Assembly: GCF_006345805.1 (NCBI RefSeq)
Contig: NW_021828241.1
Location: 1 to 9,049 of the forward strand
Direction of reading: 5' to 3'
Length of the DNA: 9,049 bases
Source: Octopus sinensis
Lineage: Eukaryota
Translations under genes and position numbers: made by a program
Part shown: positions 8,338 through 9,049 of the stretch, piece by piece
How positions within the stretch are numbered: the stretch's first letter is position 1
Layout: the number at the start of each line of letters is the position of its first letter
The notes under the pieces: model-generated
Databases searched by the model: none
Told to the model about the DNA's origin: nothing
What the model saw: only the letters and a program-made list of their open reading frames with translations

Positions 8338-8416
8338 AGTCCTGTTCAAAGAAGGTTATGTGGGGCTAAAGTAAAAAAAAAAAATGAAGGAAAAATCACG
8401 AGAGAGATGTAGGATG

Positions 8417-8575
8417 GCAGACGATATATGATAGAACTTGTGTTACTATAGCACAGCAGACGATAAATATATATAATGGTGTTATACTTTTATAAAATAA
8501 CAGGCGTTATATATAACGGTGTTATTCCATTAAAGAGCAGACGATATATATTGTATGCCGTGATGGCGTGTTATG
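8417..8575. repeat. Degenerate ~40-bp minisatellite, about 4 units
   Basis: GCAGACGATA at 8417, 8456, 8537 and variant caggcgtta at 8501; GTGTTA at 8440, 8479, 8519, 8568. Confidence 0.65.
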
Positions 8576-8671
8576 GATTGGAAATGGGGGAAAATTAATA
8601 CGCAAATGCCATAAAACATATTTCGTGATGGTTGTATTTACGAGTAAATAGGATTGACTAAGTATTTTTAA

Positions 8672-8724
8672 TGATATATATATGTATTCATATATGTATG
8701 TATATATCTATATCTATCTATCTA

Positions 8725-8760
<36 letters not shown>

Positions 8761-8992
8761 ATATTATACCACGCACATATATATAATAATATATATATAT
8801 ATATATATATATAGAGATAGCTAGCTAGATAGATAGATAGATAGATATGCATGCGTGCGTGTCTATGTAAGTGTAAATGCATGCATAAGAATATAGTATG
8901 TATGTATGTATGTATGTATGTGTTATATATAACCCATACATATATGCGTGCACGTATATAATATATATATTATAATATATATTATATATATA

Positions 8993-9043
<51 letters not shown>

Positions 9044-9049
9044 ATACAT
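8672..9049. repeat. Compound (TA)n/(TATC)n/(TAGA)n/(TATG)n microsatellite
   Basis: Direct reading; runs to the window end. Confidence 0.95.

Overview
Eukaryotic, AT-rich, repeat-dominated non-coding DNA (intron or intergenic). The SINE families and dense (TA)n/(TG)n tracts look like an octopus (octopodid cephalopod) genome; this is recognition from memory, not a database result. No intact protein-coding gene is supported, and the ORF track is almost entirely microsatellite or SINE read-through. The window holds five copies of a ~220-bp tRNA-derived SINE (family A: four stacked head-to-tail on the minus strand at 653-1446, one on plus at 8110-8337). It also holds five copies of a ~370-480-bp tRNA-derived SINE with an internal microsatellite (family B), and a decayed non-LTR retrotransposon reverse-transcriptase fragment split in frame by one B copy. 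Best leads: a 13-14-bp motif recurring at three junctions of the SINE stack, TA-flanked insertion of SINE B, a 40-bp dispersed hairpin motif with a compensatory base pair, a hairpin module shared by both SINE families, and a fold-back inverted repeat at a SINE tail. I see no convincing new gene system; the interest here is mobile-element biology.
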